This document shows, piece after piece, positions 47,181 to 56,500 of a stretch of DNA of 64,000 nt (position 1 is its first letter; every line of letters begins with the position of its first letter). The stretch comes from Lentimicrobiaceae bacterium. GTDB taxonomy: Bacteria > Bacteroidota > Bacteroidia > Bacteroidales > UBA4417. Position numbers and translations under genes: made by a program. Under the pieces are notes generated by a model. It was not told the DNA's origin and did no database searches. It saw only the letters and a list, made by a program, of their open reading frames with translations. Location of the stretch: the NCBI GenBank assembly GCA_031550085.1, contig JAVBOY010000004.1, positions 306 to 64,305 on the forward strand, given 5' to 3'.

Positions 47181-50060
47181 ATGATTTCCAATAACTTTAT
47201 CAAACGCCACAACGGGCCTTCGGCTTCCGATTTGGATAAAATGTTTAAAACCATCGGGGTTAATTCTTTGGATCAATTGATTGATGAAACGGTACCTGCT
47301 TCCATCCGTTTGAAAAAGCCTTTGAATTTATCCAAAGGCATGAACGAACTGGAATTTTTTACCCACCTCAAAGCCCTGGCTTCAAAAAATAAACTGTACA
47401 AAACCTTTATCGGACAAGGTTATTACCATACGATCACACCGGGCGTGATTACCCGCAATATATTGGAAAATCCGGGCTGGTACACTTCGTACACGCCTTA
47501 TCAGGCCGAGATTTCACAAGGGCGTTTGGAAGCGTTGCTGATTTACCAAACTGCCGTTAGCGATCTCACAGGAATGCCCATTGCCAACGCATCGCTTTTG
47601 GATGAAGCTACCGCCGCTTCCGAAGCCATGATTATGTTGTTCAATGCCCGCAACCGCGACCAGGTAAAAAACAATGCGAATTGTTTCCTGGTATCAGAAA
47701 ATGTATTTGCCCAAACTTGCGATGTGCTAAAAACCCGCGCTGTTCCGCTGGGAATTGAGTTAAAATTTGTTCCGAACAATGAATTTGTATTGGATGATAA
47801 AGCTTTTGGCTTGCTGGTACAATATCCGGACAATAAAGGACAAGTCAACGATTTTGCTTCGCTTACCGCAAAAGCGCACGAAAAAAGTATTGGCGTTGCC
47901 GTGGCATCCGATTTGATGAGTTTGGCGATGCTGACTCCTCCAGGCGAATGGGGCGCCGATGTGGTATTGGGTTCATCACAACGTTTTGGCGTACCGATGG
48001 CTTGGGGCGGCCCTCATGCCGGTTTCTTCGCCACCAAGGAAGATTACAAACGCTTTATTCCCGGACGCATCATCGGCGTTTCGCAAGATGCCGCCGGAAA
48101 CCGTGCCTTGCGTATGGCTTTGCAAACCCGCGAACAACATATCAAACGCGAACGCGCTACATCCAACATCTGTACGGCTCAAGCCTTGTTAGCCATTATG
48201 GCCGGTATGTATGCCGTGTATCATGGTCCCGAAGGTATTAAAGCCATTGCCCGAAATATCAATATTTTAACCGGCGTTCTGGCGCAAGAAGTGGTAAAAT
48301 ACGGGTACAAACAACTAAATGCAAACTTCTTCGATACGGTTTGCATTGAAATTCCCAATACAACTTCCGTTGAAAAGATCAAAGCGTTGGCGTTGGAAAG
48401 TCAGGTAAATTTCAACTATATCGATTCCAAAACCATCGGTATCAGCATCGACGAAACCACGCCATTGGAAGATGTCAATTTGATCCTTAGCATTTTTGCA
48501 AAAGCAAACAACCAAAACTTTACCACTTTTGTGTGTGATAAAGAAAAATACGGGCAAATCAAAACCTTTTCTGATTCGTTTGTACGCAAATCGCCCTTTA
48601 TGACCGAGCAGGTTTTCAATACCTACCATTCGGAAACGGAAATGATGCGTTTCTTAACCAAACTGGAAAACCGCGATTTGGCCTTGAACCGTTCCATGAT
48701 CCCGTTGGGTTCCTGCACCATGAAACTGAATGCCGCCACCGAATTGTTCCATTTAAGCTGGCCCGAATTCGGCGCTTTGCATCCGTTTGTTCCCGCAGAT
48801 CAAGCACAAGGTTATTACGAATTGATTGAAGGGCTGGAAAAAGACCTTTGTGAAATCACCGGATTCTCGGCAATTTCGTTCCAACCCAATTCGGGCGCTT
48901 CGGGCGAATACGCCGGTTTGCTGGTGATTCGCGCTTACCACGAAAGCAAAGGCAACGCCAACCGCAATATTTGTTTGATTCCGGCTTCGGCCCACGGAAC
49001 CAATCCGGCTTCGGCAGCGATGGCAGGCATGCAAGTGGTGGTCGTGAAAACCGATGAAAACGGCAACATCGATACCAACGACCTGAACGAGAAAGCCATA
49101 AAGCACCGCGACAACCTGGCTTGCTTGATGGTTACCTACCCGTCAACCCATGGAATTTTTGAAGAAAATATCCTGGAAGTGGTGAAAATTGTGCACGACA
49201 ACGGCGGACAGGTTTATATGGACGGCGCCAATATGAACGCGCAAGTGGGTTTGACCAATCCGGCTACGATTTTTGCGGATGTTTGCCACTTGAATTTGCA
49301 CAAAACTTTTGCCATTCCTCATGGCGGCGGCGGCCCCGGCGTAGGCCCCATCGGCGTGGCCGGACATTTGAAACCGTTCCTGCCCGGACACAGCGTGGTA
49401 AAATGTGGCGGCGAAAAAGCGATTCATGCCGTTTCGGCAGCGCCGTTCGGCAGCCCGTTTATTTTGCCCATTTCGTATGCTTACATTAAATTGTTGGGCG
49501 GCGAAGGGTTGACTGAAGCGACCCGATATGCCATTTTGAATGCTAACTACTTGAAATCCGCTTTAGAAGGGCATTACAAAATTTTGTATGCCGGCAGCAA
49601 AGGCCGCGTGGCACACGAAATGATTCTGGATTGCAACCAGTTTTTGAAAACGGTGAATTTGCCTGTGATCGAATTGGCTAAACGTTTGATGGATTATGGT
49701 TTCCATGCTCCTACGGTGGCATTTCCCGTTATCGGCACCTTGATGGTAGAACCTACCGAAAGCGAGCCGCTAAATGAACTTGACCGTTTTATTACTGCGA
49801 TGATTTCCATCCGGGCCGAAATTGCCGATATCGAAAACGGCAAAGCCGATAAAGATATCAATGTGATTAAAAAAGCGCCTCATACCATTGAAATGCTTAC
49901 GGCTGGGGAATGGAGCTTGCCGTATTCGCGCGAAAAAGCGGCGTTCCCGGTTCCCATGAGCAAAGCCGATAAGTATTGGCCGAGCGTAACCCGCATTGAC
50001 GATGCTTACGGCGACCGTAATTTGATTTGTACCTGCGGGTCGACGGCGGATTGTATGTAA
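47181..50060 (+). CDS. gcvP: Glycine dehydrogenase (decarboxylating), single-chain P protein
   Basis: YTSYTPYQAEISQGRLE, REQHIKRERATSNICTAQ, PLP lysine in HLNLHKTF, PHGGGGPG, EPTESE. Confidence 0.97.
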   Translation: MISNNFIKRHNGPSASDLDKMFKTIGVNSLDQLIDETVPASIRLKKPLNLSKGMNELEFFTHLKALASKNKLYKTFIGQGYYHTITPGVITRNILENPGWYTSYTPYQAEISQGRLEALLIYQTAVSDLTGMPIANASLLDEATAASEAMIMLFNARNRDQVKNNANCFLVSENVFAQTCDVLKTRAVPLGIELKFVPNNEFVLDDKAFGLLVQYPDNKGQVNDFASLTAKAHEKSIGVAVASDLMSLAMLTPPGEWGADVVLGSSQRFGVPMAWGGPHAGFFATKEDYKRFIPGRIIGVSQDAAGNRALRMALQTREQHIKRERATSNICTAQALLAIMAGMYAVYHGPEGIKAIARNINILTGVLAQEVVKYGYKQLNANFFDTVCIEIPNTTSVEKIKALALESQVNFNYIDSKTIGISIDETTPLEDVNLILSIFAKANNQNFTTFVCDKEKYGQIKTFSDSFVRKSPFMTEQVFNTYHSETEMMRFLTKLENRDLALNRSMIPLGSCTMKLNAATELFHLSWPEFGALHPFVPADQAQGYYELIEGLEKDLCEITGFSAISFQPNSGASGEYAGLLVIRAYHESKGNANRNICLIPASAHGTNPASAAMAGMQVVVVKTDENGNIDTNDLNEKAIKHRDNLACLMVTYPSTHGIFEENILEVVKIVHDNGGQVYMDGANMNAQVGLTNPATIFADVCHLNLHKTFAIPHGGGGPGVGPIGVAGHLKPFLPGHSVVKCGGEKAIHAVSAAPFGSPFILPISYAYIKLLGGEGLTEATRYAILNANYLKSALEGHYKILYAGSKGRVAHEMILDCNQFLKTVNLPVIELAKRLMDYGFHAPTVAFPVIGTLMVEPTESEPLNELDRFITAMISIRAEIADIENGKADKDINVIKKAPHTIEMLTAGEWSLPYSREKAAFPVPMSKADKYWPSVTRIDDAYGDRNLICTCGSTADCM

Positions 50061-50064
50061 AGGG

Positions 50065-50093
50065 CCTCCCCTAACCCCTCCAAAGGAGGGGAA
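50065..50093. repeat. REP-like palindrome CTCCCCTAACCCCTCC-AAA-GGAGGGGAAC
   Basis: 7-bp hairpin 4 nt after the gcvP stop; same family as 32750-32785 (opposite strand). Confidence 0.7.
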
Positions 50094-50152
50094 CTTGCCA
50101 ACCATAGAATAATTATAAGACGAAGAGGGGGGACCAAACAAAAAAGAACGTT

Positions 50153-50182
50153 CGACGGCGGCAAAGCCGCCGTCGTTTTTTT
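50153..50182 (+). terminator. Intrinsic terminator after gcvP
   Basis: CGACGGCGGC-AAA-GCCGCCGTCG followed by T7. Confidence 0.9.
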
Positions 50183-50292
50183 ATTTTAGCAAGTTCAACT
50201 TGTCAGTGATAAAACGCTTAAGGTAAAACCTTAACCTGACGTTTTTTTTTATTGCCGTTATTTTATTCCGGTAAATTCTATTTGTCCATTGG

Positions 50293-50376
50293 AAAAGATC
50301 TGTTCCTTTTACCAAAAAGGGGCTGATCTTTTGTGCAAAAGGGGCTGATCTTTTTCCAAAAAGATCAGCCCCTTTT
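50293..50376. repeat. Four 18-bp boxes (AAAAGGGGCTGATCTTTT) at an exact 22-bp period in mixed orientation
   Basis: Boxes at 50293 (inverted, 15/18 match), 50315, 50337 and 50359 (inverted); 4-bp spacers. Confidence 0.9.
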
Positions 50377-50577
50377 CAAGTGCCTCTGTAACGCTTATTT
50401 CATAGGCATTACAGGGCAGCACTATTTTATTGTTTTAAGCTGTGTTTTTACCTTAGGTTTGTATTGTTTTGCAAGCTTCGCTTGTTTCAATATAAGGGTT
50501 GAGAGAAAACCGTTTCCGAACAGGGCGTTTTAAATCCGGGTCATTTTTGTGTGTATCTTTACTTTTTTATATCCCGT

Positions 50578-51399
50578 ATGAAAACAACTTTTGTAAGTTT
50601 TGCCCTTTTATTTGTCTTGTTGATAAATTCATTTGCTCAAGACGCACCCAAACATACGGCGAGCAAGAATGTCCGGATTATTTCGGAAGATTTTTATATG
50701 CCGCAATTGGGAAAAAACCGCCGGATTTGGGCGTACCTCCCGGAAGATTACCGAACGAATACGTCAAAAAAATATCCGGTGTTGTATATGCACGACGGAC
50801 AAAACTTGTTCGATGCCGCGACTGCCCCGTTCGGGGAATGGGGAATCGACGAACTATTAGATTCCATTGGCTTGGGAAAAATGGAGTTGATTGTCATCGG
50901 TATTGATCACGGTGGCGACAGCCGCCTGACGGAATACAATGCGTACGACAATGAGCAGTTTGGGAAAGGGCTAGGAAATTTGTATTCCGATTTTTTAGTA
51001 AAAACCTTAAAGCCCTATATTGACCTGAATTACCGGACGCTGCCTGGTGCGAAGCATACGTTTATCGCCGGTAGTTCGATGGGCGGATTGATTTCGTTGA
51101 CGACCGTGATGCGTTATCCCAAAACATTCGGTGTGGCCGGTATCTTCTCTCCTGCTTTTTGGACAGCTCCCGGTTTAAGCGAGGATGTAAAAAAGCTTCC
51201 CAAATCGTTAAAGATCCGCTTATTTTTCTATATGGGCGGAACCGAAGGAGCGCAAATGGTTCAGGATATGTACACGATTGAAAAATTGATCACCCGGCGA
51301 ACGCATTGCAACACCAACGTCGTTTTTTGGCAAGATGGCAAACACAATGAAGCGACCTGGCACAAAGTTTTTCCCTTATTTTTGGAATATCTTTTTTGA
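50578..51399 (+). CDS. Exported alpha/beta-hydrolase (esterase, Fes/IroE-like)
   Basis: Signal peptide, YPVLYMHDGQNLF, nucleophile elbow GSSMGG, FSPAFW, GKHNE. Confidence 0.88.
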   Translation: MKTTFVSFALLFVLLINSFAQDAPKHTASKNVRIISEDFYMPQLGKNRRIWAYLPEDYRTNTSKKYPVLYMHDGQNLFDAATAPFGEWGIDELLDSIGLGKMELIVIGIDHGGDSRLTEYNAYDNEQFGKGLGNLYSDFLVKTLKPYIDLNYRTLPGAKHTFIAGSSMGGLISLTTVMRYPKTFGVAGIFSPAFWTAPGLSEDVKKLPKSLKIRLFFYMGGTEGAQMVQDMYTIEKLITRRTHCNTNVVFWQDGKHNEATWHKVFPLFLEYLF

Positions 51400-51411
51400 A
51401 TGGCTTCCATC

Positions 51412-51434
51412 AAAAAAGCCCCATAAAGGGGCTT
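51412..51434. terminator. Terminator between the convergent esterase and HIT genes
   Basis: AAGCCCC/GGGGCTT stem with an A-tract on the left. Confidence 0.6.
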
Positions 51435-51469
51435 GAGGATCAAAAGATACTGCTGTCGAAGCAGATTCT

Positions 51470-51868
51470 TTACACAAATTCTTTGGCAATCTTCCGGGCA
51501 ACTGATTGCAATACTTCGGGTTGCAACTTGAGTTTTTCCTTTTGAAAATCAATGTCCTTCATGGTATTCATCGGAACCAAATGGATGTGGGCATGAGGAA
51601 CTTCAAGGCCGATCACGGCAACTCCCACTTTGCCACAGGGAATCGCCTTTTTCAAGGCAATGGCAACCTTTTGAGAGAATGCCCAAAATGCTTTAAACAT
51701 TTCGGGGTCCATATCAAAGATGTAATCGACCTCCCGTTTGGGTATCACCAACACATGCCCGATGGCAATGGGATTGATATCCAGGAATGCAAAAAAATCT
51801 TCCGACTCGGCTACTTTATAGGATGGGATTTCTCCGGAAGCTATTCGTGAAAATATCGAAGCCATCAT
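51470..51868 (-). CDS. HIT family nucleotide hydrolase
   Basis: IFSRI..GEIP, FLDINP..GHVLVIPK, VPHAHIHL histidine triad. Confidence 0.95.
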   Translation of the reverse strand: MMASIFSRIASGEIPSYKVAESEDFFAFLDINPIAIGHVLVIPKREVDYIFDMDPEMFKAFWAFSQKVAIALKKAIPCGKVGVAVIGLEVPHAHIHLVPMNTMKDIDFQKEKLKLQPEVLQSVARKIAKEFV

Positions 51869-51873
51869 TTTAT

Positions 51874-52350
51874 TTATTTAAAAGAAATTTCGAGGATTTC
51901 CAGCGCGATCTTCCCGGCAGGAATTGTAATTTCAACCGCTTCCCCCACAGACCTGCCCAATATGCCTTGTGCGATGGGAGATGTTACGGATATTTTCCCG
52001 GCTTTCAGATCCGCTTCATTTTCAGGCACTAATTTATAAGTAACAACCGCTTGGGTTTTCAAGTTTTTCAGCTTGACCGTCGATAATATAAGAACCTTGG
52101 AGGTATCGAGTTTCGACTCATCAATCAGGCGCGCACTCTGAATTACTTCTTGAAGCTTCGAAATGCGCAATTCCAATAACCCCTGAGCTGTTTTTGCCGC
52201 ATCATATTCGGCATTTTCCGAAAGATCCCCTTTGTCTCGAGCTTCGGCTATCTGTTGCGAAATATGCGGACGTTCAACCGAAATTAATTGCTGTAATTCT
52301 TTTTTCAGTTGTTCCAGACCTTCTTTGGTGTAATAACGTTTCTCTGCCAT
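51874..52350 (-). CDS. greA: Transcription elongation factor GreA
   Basis: ARDKGDLSENAEYDAAK, ISVTSPIA. Confidence 0.96.
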   Translation of the reverse strand: MAEKRYYTKEGLEQLKKELQQLISVERPHISQQIAEARDKGDLSENAEYDAAKTAQGLLELRISKLQEVIQSARLIDESKLDTSKVLILSTVKLKNLKTQAVVTYKLVPENEADLKAGKISVTSPIAQGILGRSVGEAVEITIPAGKIALEILEISFK

Positions 52351-52379
52351 GGCTTATTTAATTTTAGACAAATAAAGAG

Positions 52380-52409
52380 AAAAGAACCTTCCCAAAGGAA
52401 GGTCCTTTT
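52380..52409 (-). terminator. Intrinsic terminator between the PorV-like gene and greA, downstream of the greA promoter box
   Basis: Minus-strand AAAAGGACCTTCC-TTTG-GGAAGGTTCTTTT; one G.U pair valid only on the minus strand; U-rich tail. Confidence 0.7.
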
Positions 52410-52419
52410 CTGTTATACG

Positions 52420-52427
52420 CAAATTTA
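52420..52427 (-). promoter_or_regulatory. -7 promoter box TAAATTTG upstream of greA
   Basis: Perfect TAnnTTTG 70 nt upstream of the ATG. Confidence 0.55.
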
Positions 52428-52446
52428 CAATTTTATGCTGCTTCTG

Positions 52447-53484
52447 CTAAAAGTTTACACGCACGCCCACTTGATGGGTTCCTTTGTAAGGATTGGTGTC
52501 CCTGTATGCATAATCAATAGCAAACATTGTGCCACTTTCTTTATTTATCGGAATTTGGATGGAAGCTCCTCCATTAAAACCGGTAAAAACAGTGGTACGG
52601 GTATCCTTGCTCGTGATGCCGTCTTCGTAGCTATATCCGACACGCAACCTTAAATAATCCATCAGTCCGTACTCCAATCCCAAAATGTACAAATCTTTAC
52701 AGAAAGCATTGGAAGTGAAAGCGCCTGCAACCGTTAATTTATTATGCTCGTCAAAATCATAGGCATACGAAAGGCCGATGTTTAACTGGGAAGGCAATTC
52801 AAAATCAGCCGGAATACTGGATACCGATGTTGAACTATTGCCTGGTTTATATTTCAGGCCATCTCCTTTAAATTTCAGAGTGGGTCCAATGTTCTTCAAA
52901 GAAATACCGAATTTGATGTTATCGGTTTCCCCGGTTACATATTGGATCCCGGCATCAATGGCTACACCTTGGGCTCCCAAATCACTGGTATTTTCGGAGA
53001 TAATTTTCAAATTGAATCCTCCATAAATACTATTCGAAAAAGCCCGGGAATAGGCAAGGTTGATATTGATAAACTTCGGGGAAAAGGTTTCTGTCCCATC
53101 CTCCGGATTATTTACGGTGGTTACCTGAATATCTCCAAAACCCATTGCCATCACATAAGCGCCCAATACGGTTTCCTCATTGATGCGTTGGCCTAAGCCA
53201 AACGTGTTTATGGAAACGCCGGAGCCGGATAACCATTGCGTATTGGTATAACCTACTTCGGTTTTAGGGGTAAAAGCCAGTCCGGCAACATTACTAAACA
53301 TGGATTCCAACCCCACACAATTCGAAATATTTACACCGGCCCAACCTGCACTACGAGCCCACGGATTCACCAGTAACTCGGGAGCTCCTGCTTGGCCTAC
53401 ACGGTCTTTATTCCCCGAAATACATGGCAAGGCCATGATTCCTAAAAGGGTTGAAAGTAAAATAAATCTATATATATTTTTCAT
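52447..53484 (-). CDS. PorV/PorQ-family outer-membrane beta-barrel
   Basis: Signal peptide; ELLVNPWARSAG motif like the PorV/FadL-type N-terminus; GVAIDAG, FGISLKNIG, terminal VRVNF. Confidence 0.8.
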   Translation of the reverse strand: MKNIYRFILLSTLLGIMALPCISGNKDRVGQAGAPELLVNPWARSAGWAGVNISNCVGLESMFSNVAGLAFTPKTEVGYTNTQWLSGSGVSINTFGLGQRINEETVLGAYVMAMGFGDIQVTTVNNPEDGTETFSPKFININLAYSRAFSNSIYGGFNLKIISENTSDLGAQGVAIDAGIQYVTGETDNIKFGISLKNIGPTLKFKGDGLKYKPGNSSTSVSSIPADFELPSQLNIGLSYAYDFDEHNKLTVAGAFTSNAFCKDLYILGLEYGLMDYLRLRVGYSYEDGITSKDTRTTVFTGFNGGASIQIPINKESGTMFAIDYAYRDTNPYKGTHQVGVRVNF

Positions 53485-53521
53485 AATCTTCTTATTATTA
53501 CGTTTTCTTTATATTTACCGA

Positions 53522-56500
53522 CTAAAAACCTGAGAAGTCAACGGCACGTGTTACCCCAAACCATTTAACGGTTTTTTCACCGACTCCATCTACTTTCACA
53601 TGGACCAAATACATACCACTGGCGATCGGGATCCCGGCTTGGTTTTTCAAATCCCAGTCAATGGATGCGCCACTGGAATCTTTCTTGTACTCCCTGATCA
53701 AATTTCCATCAACCGAATAGATCTTCACAACACATTTTTGCGGAAGGTTGATGATCCGTACCCGGTTATCAACATTCGATGTTTCGTAAGTTGAACCTGC
53801 TTTGTAAGGATTCGGTACCACGTTGATCTTGTCCAGATCGCTTACTTTCTTCGGCTTATTGGTAAAATCAGCCGGAACATCATTGGTAGTAAAGCGGTAT
53901 TTCGGCCAATAATCGTTCTCGGATGTCGGGATTCCTGCAAGGGCTTGCGGTATCGAAGCATACCGAGCATACGGTTTTCCAACGTTCAATTTGATGGTAA
54001 CATCACAGGCTAAAAAGTTCACATTCGGCATGGCCATCGGAATGGCTGTCCACATACAGTTAGACCACTGTACTTCGTGAACCCGCCAGGGCAATGTGGT
54101 CATCATCAGTTTCTTCCGCAGGGTAGCGCCGTAATCGTAGGCCGGGTTGTCATAATCCGGATTGGTTCTGGACATATAAGCTTTGTTTTCGACATGCGCC
54201 ATGACATAAATATAATGCTGTCCTCCCAATATCGGAGTACCATCCTGACTATTCAAATAATTGGAAGTCGGGTTAAACAGCATATCCCGGCCATTATCCT
54301 CTGTTAAGGATGAGTTTTCGCCAAACATGATGTTCAAGCGTTCTCCGGTTTCCATGTTGATGGCATATCCCGGGAACCAGCCCATACCCGTCGAGTCAAT
54401 AAAATTCGAATTTAAGGATGGGTCGGAACTTTCCTTATCGGTTTCACCGTTTATATTGACCGATTTATGGGCCCGCGGGAAAAACGCCCGGCCTCCGTTT
54501 TCTGCTTTAAGCACATCCGGGCATAATTCAATCACGACACAACGGGTCCACTTGGTTTTATCGGATGTTAAAACGACGTAAACGCTCGCCAAATCAACCG
54601 GGTTGAACCCCTTTTTCGAACCGTTGGTATTCGTCGGATCAGCCGGACCGCATTTTTGCGGATCATCATTGGCGGAAGCCGCTAAATTGTAAGGTGACCA
54701 CCAACCTCCCAACACTTTTTCATAGTATTTATCCGGATCGTAAGGCGTTTTAGCCAGCATATTCCAATCGCTTTTGGTCCCGGCCGCATCACTATAGGAT
54801 CCCGAACGGATCCAATTGAAACCGTATTGATACTCATCCAGATAGTAGGGCGCATCCTGAATTCCCGTCAACCATATTTTGGTTGAATCCGCAAAACTCA
54901 TTTCGGAAGAGATATAGCCATTTTGGAAGGCCAAGGTTTCTACCAACGGATCGGTAGTACCCGTGACAGTTCCCGTGACTTTCGATTCCGGATAGAATAC
55001 TTGCTCTATGGTAATTGCAATCCCATACTTCAAAAATACTTGCTCGTTAAATACCGTTAACGCCGCAGCTGCCTGAATTGTATCTCCTCTTTCCGTATTC
55101 GATGTTTTGATTAACGTCCAATTTCCATCCTGTATGGTCGTTTTTCCTCCTTTGGGAGTGGTTATTTCTTTGGTAACCAAGGAATCAAAGGTAAGTTCAA
55201 AGGTCGCCCCGATTACATTCAACGGGTCGACCACGCGCACATTGATAGGGCCCTTACCGGCTTTGTAGGTCGGATAATACGTGATCGGGTAATTTGCCGT
55301 ATCGCTAAATTGAGTCCCCCCTACAGGAGGCTTCTTCCTCATCACATCCGCAACAGTTGCATCCGTCAAATCCAATGCATTTCCTCCGTTTCCTTGCCCT
55401 GCAATGCGAGTCACTTCCACACCCGTACCAAAACCACTATGCAGCAAAACCCCAACCGGAGCATGCGGAATTCCCACCGCTACCTTCAGGTTTTTCCGTC
55501 CTTGCAAATAGGGTTCTTTTTGTCCGTCATAAGCCGGAGTTTGGGGCTCGCCCGGAACAGGAGCAGCGTCTTGTTTATAGGGTTTAAAACAGTTATACCC
55601 ATAAGCAACCGCCATATAGTAATATTGCTTGTGGTTCACCAACCTCGTGTTTTCAAAAGCGTCCAGTTTAAGCGAAACCGCATGGTGTATGCCGGCATCG
55701 GTTGCATCCCTGACATATTTTTTTGCTATCAACCCCTGTAAGTCCGCATCGTAAACATAATTGATCAGATCGGTAACTCCATTTTTCACATCGCACTGAT
55801 AAACCAAACGGGCCAAGTTTAGATTATCCAAATCAGCCGCCGAAACACTGGAATTCAAAAGTTGGAAAATCTTATAACCTTCAAAGCGATATGCCGAGTC
55901 TCCTTCGATAATCCGGGGGTCGTACTCCACGTACGATTCGTTGTAGTTGTTCCCGGCATCCGGAGTTTCCCGGTTCGACAGGAGAATAATAATTTCTTTG
56001 TCCAGTTCCCGGATGGTCATATCGGGTGCATTGGGGCCGGAAATAACTTTGAAACAATTGTCAAACAGCATCTGGCATTTATCGTCGGCCTGCTTCAACA
56101 ATTCAACCGAAGCATAAGGCCCTCCCGATGTAGCTCGAGCCCAGGGAATTCCCACGGTAATGTAATTTACAGCACCCGGCTTCAAGGTAAATGGACCGGC
56201 TGATTGCATAAAACGCCGGTCACTCGGAGCATTTTTTTCTTTCTCTTCCGTCCAATTTGCATAATTCGGATTCACACCGCCGGTTCCCCAATGGCAAAAA
56301 TCATCAGTAGTACCGGGGAACATAAAATCGCATTTGATGCCCGTGACTCCGTTTCCGGAATGTCCATTTCCGCCATATTGCATGGGGGTTCCGTCTTTCC
56401 AGATTCCGATCAAGTAATTATAGTACTGTTGGGCGGTTCCGGGATCTCCCATTCCTCCCGAGGAATTATTGTGGTATAAGAACTTGCGCATTCCAAAACG

